From assembly GCA_017504995.1 (NCBI GenBank), contig JAFVQC010000007.1, forward strand, positions 1,846 through 65,845: a stretch of 64,000 nt of DNA, in the 5' to 3' direction. The DNA is from Clostridia bacterium (GTDB lineage: Bacteria; Bacillota; Clostridia; Oscillospirales; CAG-272). The notes below the pieces were generated by a model, which saw only the letters and a program-made list of their open reading frames with translations, had not been told where the DNA came from and did not search any database. Shown here in pieces: positions 56,414 to 64,000 of this stretch. Position numbers and translations under genes: made by a program. Positions within the stretch are counted from its first letter, which is position 1. The number at the start of each line of letters is the position of its first letter.

Positions 56414-56450
56414 GCCGCCGACGGTTGAATCGTCGGCGGCGTGTTTTTTT
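56414..56450 (+). terminator. Orphan rho-independent terminator with no upstream gene
   Basis: GCCGCCGACG-gttgaat-CGTCGGCGGC, then gtg and TTTTTTT. Confidence 0.7.
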
Positions 56451-56503
56451 GATCCCCAATAAATCCCCCTTAACCGAGCTCACTCGGGATCTTATTACTC
56501 CTT

Positions 56504-56530
56504 GTAGGGACAGGCGTCCTCGACTGTCCG
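56504..56530 (+). repeat. REP-like palindrome, variant a
   Basis: GTAGGGACAGGCGTCCTCGACTGTCCG. It pairs, heads outward, with 56642-56668. Confidence 0.85.
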
Positions 56531-56641
56531 AGAAAAATTATAGATAATAGCTAACCATACGGAAAGAGAGTAAACATTAAGTTACAGTTGATGGGGGAGT
56601 GTCTTGCTGTTCCTGTTTGCGAAAAAAGATTTATGCCCAAA

Positions 56642-56784
56642 CGGACAGTCGAGGACGCCTGTCCCTACAAGATATAAGAGAATTTCATAGTTTTTATCGT
56701 AGCCGCAGGCTTTCTTTTTGTTTTATGGTGAGAAATATAGAAACAAATTTTTGAAAACCGTAGGGACAGGACGCCTGTCCCTAC
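56642..56784. mobile_element. MITE-like element, copy 3 (inverted orientation; right end collapsed to a 25-nt perfect hairpin)
   Basis: CGGACAGTCGAGGACGCCTGTCCCTAC, then a core matching the reverse complement of the 33992-34084 core, then GTAGGGACAGGacgCCTGTCCCTAC (56760-56784). Confidence 0.8.
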
Positions 56785-56835
56785 AAACACACTTTATTTG
56801 TTTTGCCGATATTCTATGGCGGGATTTTCGTGATA

Positions 56836-56867
56836 CAAAAAACGCGCCGTTCCGAGGAACGGCGCGT
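56836..56867 (-). terminator. gap terminator
   Basis: On the minus strand: ACGCGCCGTT-cctcgg-AACGGCGCGT followed by TTTTTTG. Confidence 0.8.
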
Positions 56868-56883
56868 GTAGGACAGAATTCAA

Positions 56884-57900
56884 TTAGTTGAGCTCTGCGA
56901 AGTACTTGATGGTGCGAACCATCTGGCTGGTGTAGGAGTTCTCGTTGTCGTACCAAGAAACTACCTGTACCTGATAGGTATCGTCATCGATCTTTGCAAC
57001 CATGGTCTGGGTAGCATCGAACAAAGAGCCGTAGGTCATTCCGATTACGTCGGAGGAAACGATCTCGTCGGTGTTGTAACCGAAGGATGCGGAAGCGGCT
57101 GCCTTCATTGCTGCGTTGATACCCTCAACGGTAACGTCCTTGCCCTTGACAACGGCTACCAGAATAGTGGTAGAACCGGTGCAGGTGGGAACTCTCTGAG
57201 CAGAACCGATCAGCTTGCCGTTCAGCTCGGGAATAACCAGACCGATTGCCTTTGCGGCGCCGGTGGAGTTGGGAACGATGTTCTGCGCGCCTGCGCGTGC
57301 ACGGCGGAGGTCACCCTTTCTGTGAGGACCGTCCAGAATCATCTGGTCGCCGGTGTAAGCGTGAACGGTGGTCATGATACCACTCTGGATAGGAGCGTAC
57401 TCGTTCAGAGCCTTCGCCATGGGAGCGAGGCAGTTGGTGGTACAAGAAGCAGCGGAGATGATCTTGTCGTCAGCGGTCAGCGTGTTCTCGTTTACGCTGA
57501 ATACGATGGTCTTCAGATCCTTGCCTGCGGGAGCAGAGATAACGACCTTCTTCGCGCCTGCGTTGATGTGAGCCATGGACTTTTCGGTGGAGCAGTAGAA
57601 GCCGGTGCACTCCAGAACAACGTCAACACCCAGCTCGCCCCAAGGACAGTTTGCAGCGTCCTTCTCGGAGTAGATCTTGATGGTCTTGCCGTCAACGGTG
57701 ATGCTGTCCTCGCCTGCAACAACGGTGTCAGCCAGAGCGTACTTACCCTGTGCAGTGTCGTACTTCAGCAGGTGAGCGAGCATCTTGGGAGCAGTCAGGT
57801 CGTTGATAGCGACAACCTCGTAACCCTCAGCGCCGAACATCTGTCTGAACGCCAGACGACCGATACGGCCAAAGCCATTAATAGCAACTTTTACGGACAT
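56884..57900 (-). CDS. gap: Type I glyceraldehyde-3-phosphate dehydrogenase
   Basis: [19 protein letters not shown]..., catalytic SCTTNCLAP. Confidence 0.95.
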   Translation of the reverse strand: MSVKVAINGFGRIGRLAFRQMFGAEGYEVVAINDLTAPKMLAHLLKYDTAQGKYALADTVVAGEDSITVDGKTIKIYSEKDAANCPWGELGVDVVLECTGFYCSTEKSMAHINAGAKKVVISAPAGKDLKTIVFSVNENTLTADDKIISAASCTTNCLAPMAKALNEYAPIQSGIMTTVHAYTGDQMILDGPHRKGDLRRARAGAQNIVPNSTGAAKAIGLVIPELNGKLIGSAQRVPTCTGSTTILVAVVKGKDVTVEGINAAMKAAASASFGYNTDEIVSSDVIGMTYGSLFDATQTMVAKIDDDTYQVQVVSWYDNENSYTSQMVRTIKYFAELN

Positions 57901-57988
57901 GGTGAAAATCCTCCATTTTATAAAAAAATTTTTTTGACTTCCTTCAAAGCCGACCGAAACGAATCCAGCCGCGCTTTCTCAATTATAT

Positions 57989-58017
57989 ATTGTAACTCAT
58001 TTTCCTAAAATATACAA
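57989..58017 (-). promoter_or_regulatory. Candidate gap promoter
   Basis: Reverse complement reads TTGTAT, a 17-nt spacer, then TACAAT. Confidence 0.45.
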
Positions 58018-58129
58018 GCATTTTGGCGAAATTTTCTAAAATTCGGAAACTTGTACGATTTTATCGGGTTTTTCCAGAACGAAATCGTTCACTTTTTCAC
58101 AAATCCTTCGGTCAAAACCACCAATTTTC

Positions 58130-58807
58130 TCAGTCAAGAGGAATTTCCCGATAAAATTCTGGAACGATCTTCGGCTCATAGGAAAATCCCGTGGGATCGA
58201 TGGAGTCAAACAGACCGCAATGAAGGGGGATCGCCACAGCGCCAAGCCTCTCGCAAAACCGCGCGCCGTCGGCAAAATTCATATTATTTCCCATTCCGTT
58301 GACGGGAAGAAAGACGTAATCCACGCCCTCGCCCACCTCGTCAAGAATATCGGGACGGTAAAGGGTATCGCCCGTTACGTAATAGGTCTTTCCTTCCGCG
58401 CGGATCAAAACGCCCACGGCGCAGTCGTCGGAATGCTCCGCCCCCACGGCGCGGAAATGAAGCTTGCCCTCGGTCCATTCGGTTCCTCGGTTAAAGCGAA
58501 CGTAATTGTTTTTCACGCCGCCGAATTTCCGAACGGTCTGCCATGCGTTCCCCGATGCCAGCACGCACACCTCCGTATTCTCCCCAAGATAGTGTTCAAG
58601 GGTATCGGGATCGGTGTGATCCAGATGATCGTGAGTCAGCACGATCATATCGGGCTTGATCTTCAAAAATTTCTCCTCCACGGGAACTCTCCGCCAATTG
58701 TTCGGATTGATCTTCTCCACGCTGTCCGACAAATACGGATCAATCAAAACGGTTTTTCCCTCGGTTTCAAATAATAATCCTGCCTGTCCTAACCACGTAA
58801 TTTTCAT
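58130..58807 (-). CDS. MBL-fold metallo-hydrolase
   Basis: MKITWLGQAGLLFE..., metal motif LTHDHLDHTD. Confidence 0.85.
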   Translation of the reverse strand: MKITWLGQAGLLFETEGKTVLIDPYLSDSVEKINPNNWRRVPVEEKFLKIKPDMIVLTHDHLDHTDPDTLEHYLGENTEVCVLASGNAWQTVRKFGGVKNNYVRFNRGTEWTEGKLHFRAVGAEHSDDCAVGVLIRAEGKTYYVTGDTLYRPDILDEVGEGVDYVFLPVNGMGNNMNFADGARFCERLGAVAIPLHCGLFDSIDPTGFSYEPKIVPEFYREIPLD

Positions 58808-58836
58808 GTCCTTCTCCTTTTGTTTTTATTTTGACC

Positions 58837-58859
58837 GACGAATATGGAATTCGCCCTAC
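58837..58859 (-). repeat. REP-like palindrome, variant e
   Basis: Reverse complement GTAGGGCGAATTCCATATTCGTC. Confidence 0.75.
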
Positions 58860-58919
58860 CGTTTTGTCGTTTTTTGTTCACGATTTGACGGTTAATTACA
58901 AAAATTCGTTTGTTTTTTG

Positions 58920-58995
58920 CGGACCGCCGAGGACGTCGGTCCCTACAAAATTCAATAAAATTTCATTGTTTTTATCGTAGCCGTGAAGTTTTCGC
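58920..58995 (-). mobile_element. Partial MITE-like element (one REP end plus about half of the core)
   Basis: CGGACCGCCGAGGACGTCGGTCCCTAC followed by AAAATTCAATAAAATTTCATTGTTTTTATCGTAGCCGTGAAGTTTTCG. This matches the left half of copy 3. Confidence 0.7.
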
Positions 58996-59000
58996 TTTGC

Positions 59001-59040
59001 TTTGCTTTGTTTTCTTTTGTTTTGCTTTGTTTTCTTTTGC
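59001..59040. repeat. Two tandem 20-bp T-rich repeats
   Basis: TTTGCTTTGTTTTCTTTTGT / TTTGCTTTGTTTTCTTTTGC. Confidence 0.8.
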
Positions 59041-59070
59041 TTACTTTTCTTTTGCAAAAGAAAAGTAAGC
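59039..59070. repeat. Perfect 32-nt palindrome downstream of whiA
   Basis: GCTTACTTTTCTTTTG/CAAAAGAAAAGTAAGC. No T-run follows in the whiA direction. Confidence 0.8.
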
Positions 59071-59092
59071 GCGTCCCCCGCGTCCTCGCGTC

Positions 59093-59986
59093 CTATTCCT
59101 CCTCGGCGGCTTCCATCAGCTTGGAAAGACGGCGATTCAGCCCTGATTTGGAGATAGGCGGCTCGTGAAGCAACGCAAGCTCCAAGAGCGAGGCGGAATC
59201 GTTTTCCATACGAAGGGCGGCGGTATACCGAAGCTCGTCGGAAAGGGTATCGATCTTTCTGGTTTCGATCAATACCTCGATCGCCGCGATCTGCTTACGG
59301 GAGGCGTCCACCGAACGGGAAATGTTCCGCGCCACGCAATTGGTCGCGCGATTCTCGTTGTTGCGGATATCCCTCTCAATGCAAACGTTGGCAAGATCAA
59401 AGCTGGTGGCGGAGCAACCGATAAAGTAGAGCAGATCGGAAATGGCTGCGTTGTTTTTGTAGTACAGACCGATCCGATCCTTTCGCCGCGTCCGACCCAC
59501 ACGCCCGAAGGTGGTATTCAAATATTCGCCCAACAGATCGGCGCGCCCATCGGTGGGCAAGGAAAATTCCAAATGATAGCCCTTGTGAGGATCGTTCACC
59601 GTTCCCCACGCCAAAAACACACCCCGCAAAAACTCCTGTCCGCACAAGGCGCAACGGAAGCCCGCGGCTTTGTGAAGCATCGTCTCCCTACCGCTGTCAA
59701 CCGCCGCCAAAAACGAGGAGATCCCCGTCGCCCGAACCGAAAGGATCGACGTCCTTCGCCCCGCGCGAACCGTCTCGCTCACCGCCGCCTCGGCGTGATA
59801 AATCTTTTGAAGCAGCTCCTTGGCAAGGCTCGCCGTTCCCTTGCTGTAAAGATACAGCGTCAACGTCCCGTCCTCGCTCTGCTCCCGACACCCGAAAAAC
59901 AGTCCCAGCAAGAGCGCCTTCCGACAACAGGTTTTTTTCAGAGGAAGCCGCAGCAGCTCCTCGGTCACGTCCATGGTAAACGACAT
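59093..59986 (-). CDS. whiA: DNA-binding protein WhiA
   Basis: 297 aa. N-terminal TCCRKALLLGLFFG, degenerate LAGLIDADG-like middle, C-terminal HTH (LELALLHEPPISKSGLNRRLSKL). Confidence 0.9.
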   Translation of the reverse strand: MSFTMDVTEELLRLPLKKTCCRKALLLGLFFGCREQSEDGTLTLYLYSKGTASLAKELLQKIYHAEAAVSETVRAGRRTSILSVRATGISSFLAAVDSGRETMLHKAAGFRCALCGQEFLRGVFLAWGTVNDPHKGYHLEFSLPTDGRADLLGEYLNTTFGRVGRTRRKDRIGLYYKNNAAISDLLYFIGCSATSFDLANVCIERDIRNNENRATNCVARNISRSVDASRKQIAAIEVLIETRKIDTLSDELRYTAALRMENDSASLLELALLHEPPISKSGLNRRLSKLMEAAEEE

Positions 59987-60002
59987 TTTTTCTCCTTTGC
60001 GG

Positions 60003-60902
60003 TTATCCGATAAACCGCACTTCCCTCTCTAACGTTACGCCAAACCGACGGTATACCTCGCCTCGCGCAAGCTCCTCCAAGCGGAGCACGTCAGACGCCG
60101 TAGCGTTTCCGATATTGATAATAAATCCCGCGTGCTTACGGGAGATCTGCGCGCCACCGACGGTGTATCCCTTCAGTCCGCAGTCCTCGATCAGCTTCCC
60201 CGCGAAATGCCCCTCGGGTCGTTTGAAATAGCTTCCCGCGCTGGGGACTTCCAAGGGTTGCTTTTCCTTCCGTTGCGCCGCAAAGCAACGCATGGTCTCC
60301 ATGATCTTCGCTTTGTCTCCTTCCGACAAAGCGAACGCTCCGCCAAGACAGATCAGCGACCCATTCGACAAATATACGCTTTTCCGATAGCCGTAGCCGT
60401 GATCGGTAAGCTCCGATATCTCTCCCGTTTCGACGTTCAGCGCAAGGCTTTTTACGGTCACGTCAGCCATCGCGCCGCCGTACGCCCCCGCGTTCATCAC
60501 AAGAGCGCCCCCCACCGTTCCGGGGATTCCGCGGGCAAACTCCAAGCCCGTCAAGGCGGCTTGCGCCGCCGTTCCCGCAAGGGTCGCAAGACTGACCCCC
60601 GCGTCGGCGATCAAGGTATTCCCCTCTGCGCGGCAGGTATTCATTTTTTGGGTCAGGATCAGCGCGCCCTCAAAAAGTCCGTCGCAAAACAACAGATTCG
60701 AGCCGTTTCCGATCACCTCAAACCGAAGTCCGTCCTGACGAAGCAGTCTGACCGACTCGGCAAGCTCCTCCGCGGAATCGGGATACAGCGCAAGCGCCGC
60801 CTCTCCCCCGATACGGAAGGTAGACAAGGACTTTAAGGAGACGTTCTCCTCATACGCCACGCCAAGGCGAGCCAGCGATTGCAACAGATGCTTTGAAATC
60901 AT
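60003..60902 (-). CDS. murB: UDP-N-acetylmuramate dehydrogenase
   Basis: 299 aa from ATG 60902, overlapping the upstream stop (ATGA). TFRIGG..., GNGSNLL, ...SAGSYFKRP. Confidence 0.9.
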   Translation of the reverse strand: MISKHLLQSLARLGVAYEENVSLKSLSTFRIGGEAALALYPDSAEELAESVRLLRQDGLRFEVIGNGSNLLFCDGLFEGALILTQKMNTCRAEGNTLIADAGVSLATLAGTAAQAALTGLEFARGIPGTVGGALVMNAGAYGGAMADVTVKSLALNVETGEISELTDHGYGYRKSVYLSNGSLICLGGAFALSEGDKAKIMETMRCFAAQRKEKQPLEVPSAGSYFKRPEGHFAGKLIEDCGLKGYTVGGAQISRKHAGFIINIGNATASDVLRLEELARGEVYRRFGVTLEREVRFIG

Positions 60903-61609
60903 ACCTTGTCTCCCCGTACGATCCAATCGTAAATTTCCTCCAAGCTACCCGCAATATAGGTGATCTTCCCCGAAAGATTCGGGGAGACCTCTTTCCCTTG
61001 GGGATTATACCAGCAGGTATCGATCCCGAAATTCACACCACCCTGCATATCCGAGGTCAGGGAATCCCCCACGATCAAGGTGCGCTCCCGCCGAAAATCG
61101 GGGATCTGCTCCGCGACCCTCTCAAAAAAAGTCACGCTTGGCTTCTCCGCGCCGATCACGTCGGAAATGAAGGTGTCCTCAAAGCAGTCCGACAGACCGC
61201 TTTTCGCATACCGTCCCCGCTGAATGAATTCGGTTCCGTTGGTCACAATATATAGGCGAGCCACTTCCCTCAAGCGCAAGCAAAGCGCCCTCGCGCCGTC
61301 CAATAAATATCCCTTCTCCGCGAGACGCTCCATGTACCGATCCGCCATCTCGTGAGGGTCGGCGATGATCCCATAACGCTCGAAAAACACCTCAAAGCGG
61401 TGGTAAAACAAAACCTTTTTTTCGATCTCACCGCGCTCCAAAAGCTTCCACATGCTCCCGTTGATCTCGCTGTAAACGCGGAGCATCTCCTCATCCGCCT
61501 CCACGCCAATGCTTCGAAACGCTTCCGCCACGGCTTCTCGCTCGCTTCGCTTAAAATCAAAAAGGGTTTCGTCCGCATCCAATAAAATCGTATCGTATCG
61601 CAAAGCCAC
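60899..61609 (-). CDS. HAD family hydrolase, YjjG-like nucleotidase
   Basis: ILLDADETLFDF (DxDxT-type motif I), TNG (motif II), GDSLTSDMQGG (motif IV). Confidence 0.8.
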   Translation of the reverse strand: MALRYDTILLDADETLFDFKRSEREAVAEAFRSIGVEADEEMLRVYSEINGSMWKLLERGEIEKKVLFYHRFEVFFERYGIIADPHEMADRYMERLAEKGYLLDGARALCLRLREVARLYIVTNGTEFIQRGRYAKSGLSDCFEDTFISDVIGAEKPSVTFFERVAEQIPDFRRERTLIVGDSLTSDMQGGVNFGIDTCWYNPQGKEVSPNLSGKITYIAGSLEEIYDWIVRGDKV

Positions 61610-61725
61610 CGTTCCTTTTCACCTCGCTCAAAACCAATTCGGGTTCATCTATCTATCATTATACTATCTTTTTTCTTTTTTTTCAACCGTTTCTGAAAAA
61701 TATTGTGAAATTCATGAAATATCTC

Positions 61726-61754
61726 TTGAAAAAAAAGAACAAATGCGATATAAT
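61726..61754 (+). promoter_or_regulatory. SigA-type promoter
   Basis: TTGAAA (61726-61731), 17-nt spacer, TATAAT (61749-61754). Confidence 0.55.
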
Positions 61755-61799
61755 AATACGTATATATTTATTTGTACGAAACGGAACGGAGAACGGGAA

Positions 61800-62933
61800 A
61801 TGAAACAACACATTGGAATCGGTCTGTGCGGCTTTGGTTCAATGGGAAAGGTGCACGCCTTTTGCGTCGATAATCTGAAATATTATTACGGCGCTCTTCC
61901 CTTTGAAGCGTCGATCAAGGGCGTATGCACCACCACCGAGGGAAAATCCCGTCAGGTGGCAGATACCTACGGATTTGAAATCGCCACCGCAAGCGAGGAC
62001 GATCTGATCCATGACCCCAGCATCGACGTTATCGATATCTGTACCCCCAATATCTTCCATTATGAAACCGTCAAAAAGGCGCTGGCGGCGGGCAAGCACG
62101 TTTATTGCGAAAAGCCCCTTTGCGTCAGCGCGGCGCAAGCGGAGGAGCTTGCGGAGCTGGCAAAGAAAAGCGGAAGGATCTGCACCGTAGTGTTCAATAA
62201 CCGCCACCTCGCCCCCGTTCTTCGGGCGGCGGAGCTTGTGGCAGAGGGACGGATCGGACGTGTCCTCTCCTTTGAGGCGAGGTATCTCCATAACAGCTGT
62301 ACCGACGTCCTTCGCCCCGCGGGCTGGAAGCAAAACAGCGAGATCTGCGGCGGCGGCGTGCTTTTTGACCTCGGCTCTCACGCCATCGATCTGATCTATT
62401 CCCTTTGCGGAGAATTTGAAAGCGTGTACGGCATGCCGCAGATCGCCTATCCCCAAAGAACGGGAAGCAACGGCGGTCTTTGGCAGACCAACGCCGACGA
62501 GGCGTTCTATCTGCTTTGCCGACTGAAAAGCGGCGCTATGGGAACGATCACCGTCAGTAAGCTGATCAACGGCGCCAACGACGACCTTTCCTTTGCTATC
62601 TACGGCGAGGGCGGCTCGCTCCGATTCTCGCTGATGCAACCGAATTTTCTCTATTTTTACGACGCTACCACGCCCCCCTCTACCCTCGGTGGAGAGAACG
62701 GATATAAGGCGATCGAATGTGTGGGCCGTTATCCCGCCCCCGGCGGAAGCTTCCCCGCCCCCAAAACCCCTGCCGATTGGATTCGCGGGCACGTGGGCAG
62801 TATGTACAGCTTTTTGAACTCGGTCTATACGGGCAAGCAAGCCGCCCCCGATTTTGGAGACGGCGCCCACGTGCAGGCGGTCATGGAGGCGGCGTACCGT
62901 TCGGCAAAGGAACGGAAAGAGATTCATATTTAA
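61800..62933 (+). CDS. Gfo/Idh/MocA family oxidoreductase
   Basis: 377 aa from ATG 61800 (GGAGAA RBS). IGIGLCGFGSMGKVH Rossmann motif and the conserved YCEKPL. Confidence 0.85.
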   Translation: MKQHIGIGLCGFGSMGKVHAFCVDNLKYYYGALPFEASIKGVCTTTEGKSRQVADTYGFEIATASEDDLIHDPSIDVIDICTPNIFHYETVKKALAAGKHVYCEKPLCVSAAQAEELAELAKKSGRICTVVFNNRHLAPVLRAAELVAEGRIGRVLSFEARYLHNSCTDVLRPAGWKQNSEICGGGVLFDLGSHAIDLIYSLCGEFESVYGMPQIAYPQRTGSNGGLWQTNADEAFYLLCRLKSGAMGTITVSKLINGANDDLSFAIYGEGGSLRFSLMQPNFLYFYDATTPPSTLGGENGYKAIECVGRYPAPGGSFPAPKTPADWIRGHVGSMYSFLNSVYTGKQAAPDFGDGAHVQAVMEAAYRSAKERKEIHI

Positions 62934-62969
62934 AAAACAACGAAAAAACCACGAAAAGGAGGAATGAGC

Positions 62970-63575
62970 ATGACCATTATCGGCATTACCGGTCCGACGG
63001 GCGCGGGAAAAAGCCTGCTTGGCGAGCAGCTTGCCGCAAAAGGGATTCCCGTCATCGACGCGGACGCGGTCTATCACGCCCTGCTGATTCCCCCCTCGCC
63101 CTGCCTTGACGCCCTTCGCCGCGCCTTTGGCAACGACATTTTTTCCCCAAACGGCGAGCTGAACCGACAAGCGCTTTCGGAAATCGTGTTTCACGACGAG
63201 GAAAAGCTGGCGCTCTTGAACCAAACGGTATTGGATATCGTGCTGGATAAAATTCGCAAGCAGATCCGCCGTATGGCAAAGGCAGGAAAAACCGTAGTGG
63301 CGGTAGACGCTCCCACCCTCATCGAATCGGGCTTCGATCGGGAATGTACCGTGGTGATATCGGTCCTCTCCCCCTCGGAGATCCGCATCAAGCGGATCAT
63401 GCGACGCGATCACCTTGACGCTGACCGCGCCCGCGCCAGAGTGCAGGCGCAACGGAAGGACGCCTTCTACCGCGCCCATTCCGACCACGTCCTCGTCAAC
63501 GGGGGCAACCGAGAGGAATTCAAAAAAGACGTTGACGGTCTGCTTCGCGCGCTGAAGCTCCCCGTCCAAGATTGA
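62970..63575 (+). CDS. coaE: Dephospho-CoA kinase
   Basis: 201 aa from ATG 62970 (AGGAGGA 7 nt upstream). MTIIGITGPTGAGKS...IDADAV. Confidence 0.9.
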   Translation: MTIIGITGPTGAGKSLLGEQLAAKGIPVIDADAVYHALLIPPSPCLDALRRAFGNDIFSPNGELNRQALSEIVFHDEEKLALLNQTVLDIVLDKIRKQIRRMAKAGKTVVAVDAPTLIESGFDRECTVVISVLSPSEIRIKRIMRRDHLDADRARARVQAQRKDAFYRAHSDHVLVNGGNREEFKKDVDGLLRALKLPVQD

Positions 63576-63597
63576 GTGTTCTACGAAAGGACTCCAT

Positions 63598-64000
63598 ATG
63601 CAAAAAATCAAGCAACCACTCGCCATTCTGCTGATCGTTGCCTTCTTCCTCGGCATCGGCTTTCTGACCGATCTCGTTTGGGACAAGATGGAAAAAGCCA
63701 CCCATCCGCAGGATTTTGGCGACATCGTCAAAAAATACGCGGCGGAATACGGCATTCCCGAGCACGTCCTCTTTGCGGTGATCAAAACCGAAAGCGGCTT
63801 TGACCCAAACGCCACCTCTCGCGCAGGTGCCATCGGGCTGATGCAAATGACCGCTATCGCCCACGAGGATACCGTGGCAAGACTGAAGGACGGCACCGCC
63901 TTCCGTGACCTATATGATCCCGACGTAAACGTCCGTCACGGCGCGTGCTATCTTCAAATGATGTACGAGCTGTTCGGCGACTGGGAGCTGGCGCTTGCGG
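63598..64000 (+). CDS. Lytic transglycosylase (SLT) domain protein, partial (runs off the right edge)
   Basis: Own reading: ATG 63598, signal/TM region LAILLIVAFFLGIGFL, SLT motifs AVIKTESGFDPNATSRAGAIGLMQM. No stop in the window. Confidence 0.8.
   Translation, partial: MQKIKQPLAILLIVAFFLGIGFLTDLVWDKMEKATHPQDFGDIVKKYAAEYGIPEHVLFAVIKTESGFDPNATSRAGAIGLMQMTAIAHEDTVARLKDGTAFRDLYDPDVNVRHGACYLQMMYELFGDWELALA

Noticed and set aside
4175-58946. Whether the recurring palindromes could be a CRISPR array or arrays.
   Set aside because: The copies are inverted as often as direct, irregularly spaced (0 to >100 bp) and scattered over many loci. They have variable stems and are not separated by unique spacers of constant length. 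There are no cas genes.

Overview
This is a 64-kb stretch of a moderately GC-rich, Clostridia-like (Firmicutes) chromosome. The taxon is inferred from gene content: whiA, ylmC/ymxH, nfnAB, ecfA1A2T-truA and yfhO. Most of it is housekeeping. It carries valS behind a T-box leader, tex, rsuA-like, greA, an S41 peptidase, rsmE, a clpC-like ATPase, pgsA, truA-ecfT-ecfA2-ecfA1, ruvC and ruvAB, rhaBAD with an AraC regulator, nfnAB, tsf-rpsB, mutY, gap, whiA, murB and coaE. There are three tRNAs: Thr-UGU, Tyr-GUA and Thr-GGU. I found no rRNA, CRISPR array, transposase, integrase, phage or recognisable defence genes, and no clear multi-gene novel system. The unusual content is mostly non-coding. (1) At least 23 intergenic copies of a GTAGGG-headed palindrome family (REP/BIME-like) occur, with five or more covarying stem variants. 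(2) A ~146-bp MITE-like element uses these palindromes as terminal inverted repeats (3 full copies and 1 partial). (3) Several other modular repeat families are present, including sequence-conserved terminator hairpins and one repeat that supplies the stop codon of ylmC. (4) A ~1.1-kb AT-rich island lies between convergent genes and is bracketed by ~45-bp inverted repeats. It carries a low-GC six-cysteine 68-aa ORF, and a consensus promoter followed by a structured region with two terminators. The protein oddities are a 279-aa protein with 23 Cys including a CCCCCCC run, a P-type-ATPase homologue lacking all catalytic motifs, a Clp ATPase with a zinc ribbon in place of the Clp_N domain, and an orphan GlpP antiterminator. 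All family names come from reading the translations by eye. No database search was run.
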